DNA of 64,000 nt. Origin: Octopus bimaculoides (lineage: Eukaryota). The stretch is from assembly GCF_001194135.2 (NCBI RefSeq), contig NC_068987.1, positions 92,658,352 through 92,722,351 on the forward strand, written 5' to 3'. Positions 26,961-41,515 of the stretch are shown here, one piece after another (position 1 is the stretch's first letter; each line of letters begins with the position of its first letter). A program made the translations under genes and the position numbers. The notes under the pieces were generated by a model, which was not told the origin of the DNA, made no database searches, and was given only the letters and a program-made list of their open reading frames with translations.

Positions 26961-28675
26961 NNNNNNNNNNNNNNNNNNNNNNNNNNNNNNNNNNNNNNNN
27001 NNNNNNNNNNNNNNNNNNNNNNNNNNNNNNNNNNNNNNNNNNNNNNNNNNNNNNNNNNNNNNNNNNNNNNNNNNNNNNNNNNNNNNNNNNNNNNNNNNNN
27101 NNNNNNNNNNNNNNNNNNNNNNNNNNNNNNNNNNNNNNNNNNNNNNNNNNNNNNNNNNNNNNNNNNNNNNNNNNNNNNNNNNNNNNNNNNNNNNNNNNNN
27201 NNNNNNNNNNNNNNNNNNNNNNNNNNNNNNNNNNNNNNNNNNNNNNNNNNNNNNNNNNNNNNNNNNNNNNNNNNNNNNNNNNNNNNNNNNNNNNNNNNNN
27301 NNNNNNNNNNNNNNNNNNNNNNNNNNNNNNNNNNNNNNNNNNNNNNNNNNNNNNNNNNNNNNNNNNNNNNNNNNNNNNNNNNNNNNNNNNNNNNNNNNNN
27401 NNNNNNNNNNNNNNNNNNNNNNNNNNNNNNNNNNNNNNNNNNNNNNNNNNNNNNNNNNNNNNNNNNNNNNNNNNNNNNNNNNNNNNNNNNNNNNNNNNNN
27501 NNNNNNNNNNNNNNNNNNNNNNNNNNNNNNNNNNNNNNNNNNNNNNNNNNNNNNNNNNNNNNNNNNNNNNNNNNNNNNNNNNNNNNNNNNNNNNNNNNNN
27601 NNNNNNNNNNNNNNNNNNNNNNNNNNNNNNNNNNNNNNNNNNNNNNNNNNNNNNNNNNNNNNNNNNNNNNNNNNNNNNNNNNNNNNNNNNNNNNNNNNNN
27701 NNNNNNNNNNNNNNNNNNNNNNNNNNNNNNNNNNNNNNNNNNNNNNNNNNNNNNNNNNNNNNNNNNNNNNNNNNNNNNNNNNNNNNNNNNNNNNNNNNNN
27801 NNNNNNNNNNNNNNNNNNNNNNNNNNNNNNNNNNNNNNNNNNNNNNNNNNNNNNNNNNNNNNNNNNNNNNNNNNNNNNNNNNNNNNNNNNNNNNNNNNNN
27901 NNNNNNNNNNNNNNNNNNNNNNNNNGTACTAATCCCTGCTAAAACTGGCCAAAATTCTGAAGAATACTATCGTTGCCAAAACAATTATATCAGTGAACCC
28001 ATTGTGGAAAACGATACAGAAACTTACCAAACACACATACATATGTGTATATATATATAGATAGATACGTGTACGTATATATTTATTATGTATATACACA
28101 CATATACGTTTGGTTATGTGTGTGTCTGTGCTTGAGTATGTTTTTGGCTTTGTGCTTGCATGTGTATTTGTATGTGTATAGTTTGCGAGAGAATGTGGGA
28201 ATGGATAATAACAGAAGGATTGTAACTGATACTTTGGAGATTCTGTACTGGAATTGCGAATTAGACGACGAGTAGAGTTGCCCCAAAGTTTAGGTATAAA
28301 TGTCAAATCTTGAAACTGTTTTGGTAAGAACGGAGAAAGACAAAAAAATAGCCTACTTGAAAACACACATAAATGAAAAATAAACAAGAAAACAAAGTTA
28401 AAACAGTAAGCAACAAAAAGAGCTTTCGTAAGTCAAATATATTCAGAAACTTGCTCCGTTGATTCTCTTTAAATATGGGAAATGCAAAGAAAATCTAAAA
28501 CACAGAAATGTGTATTTTAGTAAAATAGGTCGAACTGTCAAGTTTATTTTTCTTGTCAATGTTAAGAACTATGATTAGAAAAACAGTAAAGTCCCAGACT
28601 AAAATTAATATGTAATCATTTAAGCATTGTTTAGCCATTATGATTATGGTTAACGTTATTATTACTGGAGCAAAG

Positions 28676-28878
28676 ATTGTTTGCCAACATAGCATGACAG
28701 TCATGGTTTAAGACGAATGTTGTAATTTAGCCCCAGGAGACATCGTCTCCAACTGGCTATACGGCACGATCTGTATCCTTATATTTTCGAACAATTATTC
28801 TGTGCTGATAAAGGGAAATAACCCGGAAATCGCGATACACAGATGTTGTTTTGAGCTGAGTGGGGCGCTAGCTTCCCT
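28676..28878. repeat. Second partial copy of the same MITE-like family, ending at a SINE tail
   Basis: Segment matches to 1-200 as listed above; followed by the SINE-A tail aataagtaccagttg at about 28890. Confidence 0.7.
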
Positions 28879-29937
28879 CGGAGTAAAAAATAAGTACCAG
28901 TTGAACAGTAGGGTTGATGTAATCCACTTAACCTTAACAAAGTAAGATGTGGCTTTACGCCAAAATTTGAAACCACTATGTTACCTACTTTCGAAATGGT
29001 TTGGAAGCAGCATTCGGATTCATATTTTATTAGTTGGTTACCTAAGAAAGATCTGATTGAGCATTTGGCCGTCGAGTAAAACGAGACAGCAAGACAAATT
29101 GATTGAACATCAATAAACAACGTATCCAGGATGCTATAATGCAATATCCGTAGTAATGATGTAGCAACTACCTGCCTGCTTCAAATAAATAAACTTAAAA
29201 TTCACAGAAAATTTACGCAAAATATTTCACAATACACATGTATACTCACCCAATCACTCGCTCGCACACTCACTCACTCACTCATTCACTCACACACGCA
29301 CACACACACACATACACATTCAGACACCTAATCACGTAAATAACTACCTATTGTATTCGCATTTTACTATATTTGATAAATTCATCGTGTAATTCAAACT
29401 GATACCAGTGTGTGTCAAATATCTAATGGATAATGAATATCTGAACAAATGTTTGTACAATGGGTATATGTCTATGTGTAGCTGTGTTTATTGTGCTCGT
29501 GCATGTGAATATGCGTACATATCGATCCATATATATATATANNNNNNNNNNNNNNNNNNNNNNNNNNNNNNNNNNNNNNNNNNNNNNNNNNNNNNNNNNN
29601 NNNNNNNNNNNNNNNNNNNNNNNNNNNNNNNNNNNNNNNNNNNNNNNNNNNNNNNNNNNNNNNNNNNNNNNNNNNNNNNNNNNNNNNNNNNNNNNNNNNN
29701 NNNNNNNNNNNNNNNNNNNNNNNNNNNNNNNNNNNNNNNNNTATATATATATAAACAGAGAGCGGGGTGCGGACGTTGATAGGGAGTAAATTGTTAAAAT
29801 GAAGTCTTAATGAATCCTGTATCCTTATTGCGAAGTAAATAATGGAATGCCTCAGTTTTATGCAGCAACTAATTATCTTGAAGTTGAGCAGCCATCAAAT
29901 GAATGCATGGCATAATATCAATGTTAATGGTTTCCCA

Positions 29938-30101
29938 TTTTGGCACAACGACACCAATTTTGGTGAAGGGGGTTAATCAATGACACAGCTGGATAAAAGT
30001 CAAAGTCGACCTCGCCGGGATTTGAACTCAAAACGTAAAGATAGACGTAATACTGCTAGGCACTTTGCCCGGTGTACTAATGATTCTGCCTGCTCCCCGC
30101 C
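29938..30101 (-). mobile_element. SINE family A copy (diverged)
   Basis: caaagtcgacctcgccgggatttgaactca...gcccggtgtactaa. Confidence 0.7.
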
Positions 30102-31145
30102 CTACAGTATTAACATTATTGACGAAAAAGCGTATTGCATCGCACAGTTCTTGAGAAGCATAGGTCCGAAGCCGGTTTCAATTCCCTGTTGAATAACATC
30201 GTTCAAACAACAGATATTTTTTGGCAGATATCTGAACCACTCATTTGTGTAGTTCAAAATTTATTCATGAGTTTGTAGATATGAAAATTTAAGATAGTTT
30301 GTCCATGGAATAGTGTGTGCATAGAATTTCATAGGAAAATTTGAGAAGTAGCATTCAGGGATACACACAGATACACAGATAGACACAAACACACACACAC
30401 ACATACACACACACACAAATACACACATACGCAGACATATACACACACACAAGCATACACAAACACAGAAGCAAATAGGAATAATGCTACTATTGTATAA
30501 TCAGAATATCGGTGGAGATTTACTCTAACAATCAAAGAACGAACGCGTTCGTTATCGCAAGAACAGGAATAGTGAAAACCATATTTTTGTAAGAGACAGT
30601 AATGCACTTATTTCAAGAAAGATGTCAGCGCTGGGAATGTTCAGATACAAACTCTGAACGAGATGTTGTGTTTATATTTGATATGTCTAAACAAAATGAG
30701 TTAAATATTAAATATCAATGTGTAACTGTATATATGATACGTAACAAAAACATTGTGGATTTTGAAAACAATTGTAGCTTTTAACTTTCCTTTTTTATTT
30801 TTGTCCGTTGATAATAATTTCAGAAACCGGCTTACTTCATTCAGTTCAGTCAAAATAATTTCTCAATTTGAACATCTCAACATATCGAAAGATATGTATC
30901 AGTTAGGGAATCATTAATCAAAGCCTATAATGATTCAATCATTTGGTTCGGAAAAGCATGATGCCATCCTAAATGGAGGAAAGTAGTTGATAAGTTGAGC
31001 GTGTGTATGTGTGCGTGAGTGTATGTGTGTGTGAGTGTGTGTGTGCGTGTGTATGTGTGTGAGTGTGTGTGTGCGTGTGTTTTGTGTGTATGTTTGCGAA
31101 TATAACTCGTTAGGATATCCTTTAATGTGTCATTGTAAATATAAA

Positions 31146-31384
31146 ATAAGAGTTATTTCTTTACTACCAACAAGGGGCTACACACAGAGGGGACAAACAA
31201 GGACAGACAAACGGATTAAGTCGATTATACCGACTCCAGTGCGTAACTGGTACTTATTTGATCGACCCCAAAAGGATGAAAGGCAAAGTCGACCTCGGCG
31301 GAATTTGAACTCAGAACGTAGCGGCAGACGAAATACCGCTAAGCATTTCGCCCGGTGTGCTAACGTTTCTGCCAGTTCGCCGCC
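31146..31384 (-). mobile_element. tRNA-derived SINE family A, best-preserved copy
   Basis: ggcggcgaactggcagaaacgttagc...ctgagttcaaattccgccgaggtcgactttgcc with pol III A- and B-box-like motifs; at least 9 related copies in the window. Confidence 0.85.
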
Positions 31385-31554
31385 TGAGAGTAATAAGTAA
31401 AGGTATCGGGCTTTGTACAAATGTCTCTTAATCCATGCAGAGACTCGAATCTCGAATTTTCAACCGATGAAAACTTAATCGGAGTTATGTGCTTGGATAT
31501 TTCGAACTTTTCAGTTACAGTGACTTCACCGAACAGATATCGATCTTTTAGCTT

Positions 31555-31886
31555 TTACTAGTTTCAGTTATTAAACTGAGGCCTTGCAATTCTATCGGGC
31601 TCTTTTGATAAACTCGTTATTTACAAGGGCGTAAACACACGAACACCGGTTGTCTAGCGGTGGCGGGGGACAAATATAGATCACAAAGGCACACACAAAC
31701 ATACACACACATACACACATATACGACGTTCTTCTTTCACATTCCGTCTACCGTATTTAATCACGAGGCTGTAATCGCCCCTAAACTTTAGTAAATTACA
31801 CTTGCCCAAAATGCCACTTAGTGGGACGCAACCCGGAGCCATATGATTTTCAAGCAAAGTTCTTACCACACAGTCATGCCTGCGCC
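31555..31886 (-). mobile_element. tRNA-derived SINE family B (tRNA head, CORE-like segment, internal microsatellite, tail)
   Basis: ggcgcaggcatgactgtgtggtaaga head, ggcattttgggcaagtgt CORE-like segment, internal (TG/TA)n and shared tail; several related copies in the window. Confidence 0.75.
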
Positions 31887-33391
31887 TAATTAATATTACG
31901 ATCCTTCGCAGCTGCAGTGACGTCACGGATCAGGCATCGATCTAATTACATATTTTCTGTAAATCATAGGCAACGCGCAGTCATTTTCCTCACCTATGCA
32001 GGATTATACTTGTTGTGTCGACGTCCCCAGGCAAAGAAGTAGGATCTCTCAAGACATATGAATAGAGGTAGTACATGTAGGAGTGTTGTGTAGCAGTTGA
32101 GTAGCAGTTGTGTACCGGTTGAGTAGAGATCATCCGAAGGTGCTAGATAGCAGTAGCTTGAGACATAACAATACTGATTAGAGACTGCATTTAATTCCAA
32201 TGAATTTTTGGCTAAATGTAATTCTAAGTAAACAAAACTACGGTCCAATCATGCTGAATAATCCGTTAGGAAAGGCTAAACCGATTCCTATGTGAGATGT
32301 TTCTATCACACAAACAAGAAGTCAGAAACTATATATTAATATGTGAAACTAAAAAAAGACCATTTGAAAACCCAGAGCAAATGAAATTTAATTGATGAAC
32401 ATTAATTTAATGTTTGTTATGCGAATCTACATGGCCCTTATTTTGGATAAAAGCTCTCACGATTTTTTATGCACTTGTAATTCACTAGTGACACTAACAC
32501 TGTATCCAAATGGATTTTAAAGCACTTAACAGTCTTCAACTGTGTGTTTCTATCTTGGGGGAAGAAGCTTAAAACACATTAATCCAGTTTCTATAAATGA
32601 AATAATCGCTCTAAAAGTGGCTTTATATTTCATAATAGGTTGAAAATGTTATATGAATTCTGAAGGAAATATTGTTTTATTATAGCAAGTGCGTCACTAC
32701 GACTCCTCAATTATTCGAAGAGAATGTGACAAAATGTTTATGAATATATTGCAGGTAAAGTGGAGGAATACAAAAATAATTAGTTGCCTCGGAAAGAATC
32801 TAATATAAAGTAATAGAAAAGAGAATGAAAACTTCTACCGCATAAAGACCCTAATGGAATGTTATACTGAAAGGAAAAAAATCTATATCAAGAAAAGACT
32901 AAGACAACGATCTACTCCTGTTTAGCAATTTCCATTTTTAATAAGTTACTGTCCTAATGCTTAGTTTTCTATAGCTATTGTTAGATGATCTAGATATATA
33001 CTTTGGTTAAATGATTACTACAGACTTGAGACAATAATTCTTTGCGACTAAAACTGCCAGACACTAAGTATAGATATTATCAAAAAAATACTGATCGATA
33101 GAGTTACTGCATTATGTCTCACACGATATCTAAAAGATTGATCTGACTATCTATCAGCCGATATCATCAGATATTCATCCGTTGGAGAGATGGCCTTAGA
33201 GCACAGCGATTGGCTGTTAATGTAAGCACAAGACGTAATGATAACATCGGTAAATAAAATGCATATGTCAACGACCACATAGAAAAACAAGAACATACAC
33301 ATTTATAGATATATGGAATTTTATTGTGTTGTGTGGGTGTTCTGAGCGAGCAACTTGAGAAGATACACACATAAGCAAACACACACACACA

Positions 33392-33447
<56 letters not shown>

Positions 33448-33484
33448 AGCCTGCATGAATATGCGAGTGTGGTTGTGTGGATGT

Positions 33485-33790
33485 CCGTGGCCAGCTGATC
33501 AGAGTGTTGCACTCCCGATCGCTAGATCGTTGTTCCCATTCTCGGTTGGGCTGTCCTTGTATTCTTGAGCAAAAAACACATTATGTGCTGCTGCTCTGAG
33601 TTCCCTTCAATGAATGACAAGTAACATATTGCACGCATGTACAAGTAATTACCGAGTTGATCGAGGAGTTGAACTTATGTAAGGCACAAATATTTGGTGA
33701 GTATAAAGAAATCCTCTGTGAAGGTTGTTCAGCAAAATATTGTGGACCCCTTCCCCGTCAGTCGTTTAAGATTGGAGAGTTAACGTTTCA
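33485..33790 (+). mobile_element. Diverged tRNA/CORE-like SINE
   Basis: gtggccagctgatcagagtgttgcactcccgatcgc head followed by gtattcttgagcaaaaaacacatt. Confidence 0.5.
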
Positions 33791-33941
33791 TGTATCTATG
33801 CATCTATGCATGTACACACACACACACACACACACACATACACACACACACACNNNNNNNNNNNNNNNNNNNNNNNNNNNNNNNNNNNNNNNNNNNNNNN
33901 NNNNNNNNNNNNNNNNNNNNNNNNNNNNNNNNNNNNNNNNN

Positions 33942-33973
<32 letters not shown>

Positions 33974-34329
33974 TGTATGAATGTATAAATAGATAGATAT
34001 ATAGATAGACAGATAAAGAGATAGATCGATGGATAGTGTAAATAAATATCATTTTACCTAATGCTAAAAGTAAACACAACATAAATTATAAACAAAAAGA
34101 GAGATATCATATCATTGCTGGATCTGCTTAACACAGTCGCCATATTTCCATGAAATGATACCTTAATTTCTTAAATTAGGAAAAGAGATATGATATATTC
34201 TGTCTCTATATATAATGAAAGATATCTTAATACTACAAGACTAACTATATTCATAGGCCAACTCGACAAGGGTTAACATAGGTTTAAACAGAAATGAAAG
34301 CAAGCGAAATGAGAAAAAACTGGTTTATT

Positions 34330-34935
34330 TTATACCAATCACCTCCTGAGCGTAGGGGAAGTTTTCTTTCAAAATATCGCGGTGTATTGCCCTAAAACGA
34401 AAAGGTCTTTTCTTCTTAAATTTTCCATGTAAGATTCAACCCGCAAACATCGGTCTTCGTTGTTTCGTTTTGAAATACATGGTGACCCCAAAAATGCAGA
34501 ACCCACAGATCGTTGAATAAAACTTTGAATAAAACTGTTTGAATAAAACTGTTTGAATAAAACAACGCAGATATAGAGATCGAGATGAACAGTAGTTCCA
34601 GCAAGACGGGGCCACCCGCCACATATCAAATTAATCCATATCCTGGCTGAGAGAGCAATTTCAGGAGAGACTGATCAGCAGGAATTGAGCCGTTGAGTGG
34701 GCACCGCATTCACTGGACTTGAACCCCTCAGCTTTTTATCTGTGGAGGTTTCTCAGGATAATGTTCACCGGAATAACCCTCACACGATTGGTGAACTGAA
34801 GGCAGCAATCAGAACAGAAATCAGGGAAAATCTCCAACAAAGAATGTTCTCGAGTAATTGACAAATTTGCGCGACGTATGCAAGTGTTTGCGCGATGTGT
34901 ACCACCTGCAGCATACTTTGAAACAAGCATGACTT
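34330..34935 (+). mobile_element. Internally deleted Tc1/mariner DD41D (rosa-type) transposase remnant
   Basis: Reads FPCKIQ ... FQQDGATRH...WLREQFQERLISRN*AVEWAPHSLDLNPSAFYLW..NNPHTIGELKAAI. There are 41 residues between the D of QDG and the position of the third D (GCT here instead of GAT). Ends approximate. Confidence 0.7.
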
Positions 34936-35222
34936 TTATGCAAAGGGAATGATCGTACACAACCGAAGTTTAAGTCCAGCAAATTTCTTGAAATTTGCTG
35001 GACCTTTGTAGGATTTAATAAAATTTCTATTGGATTCTGCTTGCGCTGTATATAATTGCAATTTTTAAAAGCTGTTTTTTGTCTTTTTTTTTTCAGCTAA
35101 GTATAAATGTAAAACGGTGTAAAATCACATTCTGCAAATTTAAAATAGAAAACTGATGATTAAAAAATAGGGAAGACACATCTAAAATTCAATATGCAAT
35201 GATTTATTGTTGATGCACATGC

Positions 35223-35258
<36 letters not shown>

Positions 35259-35315
35259 ATAGACGCACGCACACACACAGACGCACACACACATACACAC
35301 ACGCANNNNNNNNNN

Positions 35316-35346
<31 letters not shown>

Positions 35347-35426
35347 GCAGCATAATTATTTTAAAATGTTGTATAAATTTTGTGTATTCGTGAACAATAA
35401 ATGTAAATATTCATTTTTGCTGTAAA

Positions 35427-35600
35427 GGTAGCAAGCTAGCAGTTTGTTACCATGCCGGATAAAATGTTTCGCCGCATTTCTAAAGGCTATGCTTTGTGAG
35501 TTCAAATGTCGCCGAGATCGACATTGCCTTTACACACTTTGCGAGTCGATAGAATAAGAACCTGTTACGCACTCGGCTCTATGCGATCGATAAACCCTCT
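35427..35600 (+). mobile_element. SINE family A copy (diverged)
   Basis: tgagttcaaatgtcgccgagatcgacattgccttt. Confidence 0.6.
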
Positions 35601-36271
35601 CCCATATACATACAGTAGAGATACTTATTTATATTGTCGAAATGTGAAATCATGGCACACACAGTTTCGATATTTTACGTTCTGAGTTGTTCAAAGTCAA
35701 GAAACGTTAAATTGACCTTCCCTACGTGTCTGCTTCATCAAATTAAGAATATCTAACGTGCTTGCATATATGAAACAGAATAACTAGATTTCCTTGCATT
35801 TTCCGACTTTGTGTCTAAAATAAAAAGTACTTTCTTTTCCAGACCATGACACATTTTTCTTTTAAAAGATAATTTGAACCACGACCTCAGAGACGTATAC
35901 TCAGTTATACTGAGTATAGAAACATTTATAACTGTATTATTATTATATCTATTATTATAACTACACGATTCAGAAACTACCCAGATGCTCACTCAAGAGC
36001 TTCTTAACCGCAAAATAACGATAGACAAAGTGAATAGAGAACAAAAAATAAGCCCAAAATCGATAAATTTCTTGGATTCATAGCGTTCAATGACATTTGG
36101 TAAAGCTTATCTTCAACAGCAATACAGGGTGTACAATTGAAGAAAGAAAAAAATGAAAGCATTGTTATTAATATCAAAACAATACACTCACATAAGCAGA
36201 GAGACACGCTCCTATATTTGTATAACACACACATATATCTATAACGAAATGCATACACACACACACACACA

Positions 36272-36319
<48 letters not shown>

Positions 36320-36364
36320 NNNNNNNNNNNNNNNNNNNNNNNNNNNNNNNNNNNNNNNNNNNNN

Positions 36365-36402
<38 letters not shown>

Positions 36403-36575
36403 TGTAAATGTTAAGAGATTATTCTGAACGTCTAGCGGTTTGCTCGCAGTTAGATATTCAGAATAGTTTATTCAACAGTTAATATATGAATCCAATAATA
36501 TTCTTACAAGATAAGAATTTAGAGATAATATATAAACAGAATTAAAGGTTATGCTAAGTCACTTCGTCATAATCC

Positions 36576-36690
<115 letters not shown>

Positions 36691-36700
36691 CCTTGATATA

Positions 36701-37489
36701 TCTATACTATATATAAAACAGAGATGTGTGTGTAATCGCTTTTCACGTGAAATCGACTTCACCAAATGCGTCCATACTTGTAATGCATGAATAATTTGAC
36801 CTCGGATAAATCTTAGGCTCTTCATTTGATNNNNNNNNNNTTGTTTTAATTAAAAATAAATAATATTGCTTTATATTTAAGATTCACTTCTTTAAAAAGG
36901 TTCCTCAATGTCAACTTCCGATATTGACGTAACAACGGCAAAAAGCTTCACTCTCTATTTTGTGTGTGAGTGTGTGTGTTCATGTGTATGAGAGAGAGAG
37001 AGAGAGTAAATACTACATACACACCGCTCTCTCACTCTGTCTCACACACATACACACGCACACACACACCCCTTGACTCACTCACACTCTGTCTCTTACA
37101 AACAAACACATACATAAATGTATACAAGCATATATACAGACACACGTATATATACAAACATATTTACAAAGACACACGATAAATGCGCGCGCGCGTGCGT
37201 GCGTGGTTCGACAGTCGCCATTTATTTCAATTACTCTTGTGAGGATATTCACGTAAATCATTTTTTTCATTTAATCCCCATTTTAATTTTCGTAAAAGTT
37301 TCCAAGTACCAATGAGGCTTTTTGGCACATCTTCAATTTTCCCCATTCATGAGAGGCGCCCAGCCATCATTCATCTGAGAGTCCATCTACAGAATGTCCT
37401 CAAATTTCTATACAGCATATTTTGCCTTTTTTTCTTCAAGTATATAAGCGACAATTTCATTCCCGAGCAACGCCGGGTGCCTCTGCTAG
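36701..37489 (+). mobile_element. Complete non-autonomous Helitron
   Basis: 5' end A|TCTATACTATATATAAAA; 3' hairpin cccg-agcaacgc-cggg (37462-37477) followed by CTAG|T at 37486-37490, consistent with insertion into an AT dinucleotide. A second copy is at 15.6-16.0 kb. Confidence 0.8.
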
Positions 37490-37539
37490 TATATTATAAT
37501 ATATGTGTGTGTATGCGTTTCTTTGTCAGTTAATTTTAT

Positions 37540-38734
37540 CTGTCCTCTTTTCACTTTTACGTCTGGCACTGCGGCCATACTGTGGCAACGCCACAGAGAG
37601 TATTCAGTCGACCAAATCTTCTATAACAGTGCTTATAGTATCGTACTCCGGCTATTTTTGGAGAGGTAAACAAACCAAAACTGGTTGTCAAGCGGTGACA
37701 GCTACAAACACAGATATGATGCATGTGTGTGTATATGTATGTATGTATATATATATATATNNNNNNNNNNNNNNNNNNNNNNNNNNNNNNNNNNNNNNNN
37801 NNNNNNNNNNNNNNNNNNNNNNNNNNNNNNNNNNNNNNNNNNNNNNNNNNNNNNNNNNNNNNNNNNNNNNNNNNNNNNNNNNNNNNNNNNNNNNNNNNNN
37901 NNNNNNNNNNNNNNNNNNNNNNNNNNNNNNNNNNNNNNNNNNNNNNNNNNNNNNNNNNNNNNNNNNNNNNNNNNNNNNNNNNNNNNNNNNNNNNNNNNNN
38001 NNNNNNNNNNNNNNNNNNNNNNNNNNNNNNNNNNNNNNNNNNNNNNNNNNNNNNNNNNNNNNNNNNNNNNNNNNNNNNNNNNNNNNNNNNNNNNNNNNNN
38101 NNNNNNNNNNNNNNNNNNNNNNNNNNNNNNNNNNNNNNNNNNNNNNNNNNNNNNNNNNNNNNNNNNNNNNNNNNNNNNNNNNNNNNNNNNNNNNNNNNNN
38201 NNNNNNNNNNNNNNNNNNNNNNNNNNNNNNNNNNNNNNNNNNNNNNNNNNNNNNNNNNNNNNNNNNNNNNNNNNNNNNNNNNNNNNNNNNNNNNNNNNNN
38301 NNNNNNNNNNNNNNNNNNNNNNNNNNNNNNNNNNNNNNNNNNNNNNNNNNNNNNNNNNNNNNNNNNNNNNNNNNNNNNNNNNNNNNNNNNNNNNNNNNNN
38401 NNNNNNNNNNNNNNNNNNNNNNNNNNNNNNNNNNNNNNNNNNNNNNNNNNNNNNNNNNNNNNNNNNNNNNNNNNNNNNNNNNNNNNNNNNNNNNNNNNNN
38501 NNNNNNNNNNNNNNNNNNNNNNNNNNNNNNNNNNNNNNNNNNNNNNNNNNNNNNNNNNNNNNNNNNNNNNNNNNNNNNNNNNNNNNNNNNNNNNNNNNNN
38601 NNNNNNNNNNNNNNNNNNNNNNNNNNNNNNNNNNNNNNNNNNNNNNNNNNNNNNNNNNNNNNNNNNNNNNNNNNNNNNNNNNNNNNNNNNNNNNNNNNNN
38701 NNNNNNNNNNNNNNNNNNNNNNNNNNNNNNNNNN

Positions 38735-38766
<32 letters not shown>

Positions 38767-38938
38767 GACGGTCTCATTCCGATACCCGTCTACTAAATCC
38801 ACTCACAAGGATTTGGTAGGCCTAATGTTATATTAGAAGATATTTGTCCAAGGTGCCACACGCAGTGGGATTGAACCCGGAAACACATAACCATGTGGTT
38901 GAGAGGCAAGCTTCTTACCACACTGCCAAGCCTGCGCC
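37540..38938 (-). mobile_element. SINE family B copy split by a 974-N gap
   Basis: Head at 38765-38938 and tail at 37540-37700, same orientation and in the expected order. Confidence 0.6.
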
Positions 38939-39811
38939 TAAATATATATACATATATACATGCACTCACAACTTCGCTCACTACAGTTATATTACTATAT
39001 ACATATGAGTGTGCATCAACGTGCAAATCCCTAAAAGGAAACAGCAAGAGATGTCGTCACTCGCACATGGGATATTGCAAATTCTGCCGACTATGTTACA
39101 CGAAAGTTTCCGCCGTGAATCATGAAAACTACAAATGAGAAGGCAATTGACATTTGCAGAAGCACAAGATGTCACGGCATCAACAACATCCGGAGCGTTT
39201 TAACGTTCCATTGTTTATTCGCGCTTGTATGAAGTTCCTGTGCGCGATATTGATTATTGTGAAAGAAACATATATCGAAATACATTCGCTTGATAAGTAT
39301 ATCAGCTTGCCACTGCATATACATACATATANNNNNNNNNNATTAACCTTGCTTAATATATTATTCTCTACTTCACAAATATTCTGTATTCCCTGTACCT
39401 TCGTTAGTGCTCTGTTCAATATCTGGCACACACACACACACGCGCACAAACGTATGGACCACTTAGAACTATAAATGTGCAAACAGATCCCAGTACTAAG
39501 ATACCATACAGAAACGTCGAATGCAATTTCAATCTTAGTGACTTGTCGTAAAAACACAATATATTCACCAAAGTATATAGAAATTTTATTACTAAGTTAT
39601 ATTCAACATTCGATAAGATTTTAAAAGACACAGGAGATTCTAATCCAACAACGAATGCAGTTTTGCTGTCGATTGAGAGACTATTCCACTGAGAGTGGGA
39701 CAGACGCAGCAATCATTGCTGAGATATTAAACTTAAGACCCAAGTTAAGCATGGATGTGAATTTATGTAACCGAGTTATATATAGTGATCTATTACAAAT
39801 TTATACATATT

Positions 39812-39960
39812 GGCGCAGGCATGGCAGTGTGGTTAAAAGCCGGGTTCAGTCCTGGTGCCTGGTTTCTTGGGCAAGTGTCTTTTGGTATAACCTCAGGCCG
39901 GCCAAGGGCTTGTGGGTGGACTTGGTAGACGCAAACTGAAGGAAGCCCGTCGTGTATATA
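39812..39960 (+). mobile_element. SINE family B head
   Basis: ggcgcaggcatggcagtgtggttaaaagccgggttcagtcc...ttgggcaagtgtc...gactgaaggaagcccgtcgt-like end before (TA)n and a gap. Confidence 0.7.
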
Positions 39961-41077
39961 TACATATACATTCATATATATATNNNNNNNNNNNNNNNNN
40001 NNNNNNNNNNNNNNNNNNNNNNNNNNNNNNNNNNNNNNNNNNNNNNNNNNNNNNNNNNNNNNNNNNNNNNNNNNNNNNNNNNNNNNNNNNNNNNNNNNNN
40101 NNNNNNNNNNNNNNNNNNNNNNNNNNNNNNNNNNNNNNNNNNNNNNNNNNNNNNNNNNNNNNNNNNNNNNNNNNNNNTATATATAATATTAGGGACAAAA
40201 TCCAAAATTACAGGTAAAAAACTCAATTAAAATCAATTTATAAAAAATTAAAATTAAATTGAGCCTTATAGATAAAGTATATATAAAATATATAGTTTTA
40301 AGGAAAATAACCAATTTTCAAGAACTCATCGATGAAAATCCACTATCACATATAGAATAATTAATAATTATATGCACAATAAATGAGTATAATATAAAGT
40401 AAAATAAATATCATAAGATAAATATAATATAATATAATATAATAATATATATATATATATATATACATGTTTCTTTATTGGATGTTTATTTTTCTGTCAT
40501 ACTTTCGTACATATGTTTAATTGTAAAAGTTTAAAATTTCGTGTCTGAGTTCCTCTCTAAATACTCATTGAAATCAAGGTATTTGTTGTTGGTGAATTAT
40601 CCTTCTTTTTCTCACTGCTCTGTGTATTTAGTAATAATACTTTTTGCCACGTACACAGTATATTATGACATAAACATTTTGAGAAGCATGTGAATTAACA
40701 TTTTCTTTTATAAATTTACTCGCTATAATCAGAATTAGCCGCCCCTTAATATATTAATTCAGATCATTACGCAATAAGATTTTCAACACTTTTAAGTGTC
40801 ACGGCTCCTACAATACTAGTAGGTATTTGGGTACATCTTAAATTTTTCCTTAATAAATATGGATATTTTTCGAAATTAAATATTTTGCGTTTCTAGAGTA
40901 TTTCCTGCTTCTGGAGTCACGTCTTGTATTACATATTATTTTATTAGACTTTTTCCTGTACACTTTAGAAAAATTGAATTTTATTCTTGATATTATTTAT
41001 GAGAACCTTAAATTCAGGAGGTCAATTCGAGCTTTCATTCTATAAATAATTTAAAAGATGTCAGAATATCATTTCCA

Positions 41078-41146
<69 letters not shown>

Positions 41147-41299
41147 TGAGAGAGAGAGAGAGAGAGAGAGAAGGAATGTGTTTATATGTGTGCGTGTGTG
41201 TGTGCGTGTGTGTGTATGTATGTGTTAGATAAAAGAGATTACACAATCCAGGCAGATATCAATAAAACACATTCAGTTTGTAAGAGTTTGGTTAACAAT

Positions 41300-41444
41300 A
41301 TCCAATATTATTTACATTTGACGGATATTTGTCCTCATCTTGTTTCTTTTTAACATAACATTACGACTGATATACCCTCCAGCCTTCATCAGGTGTTTTG
41401 GGGAAATTTCGAACCTGGGTTCTCATTCCTAAGGTATTTTTCGA

Positions 41445-41515
<71 letters not shown>

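Noticed and set aside
26801-28057. Identical ~130-bp direct repeat (26801-26932 and 27926-28057) that looks like LTRs
   Set aside because: The copies directly flank a 965-N gap and run into the same microsatellite, which is the signature of an unmerged contig overlap.
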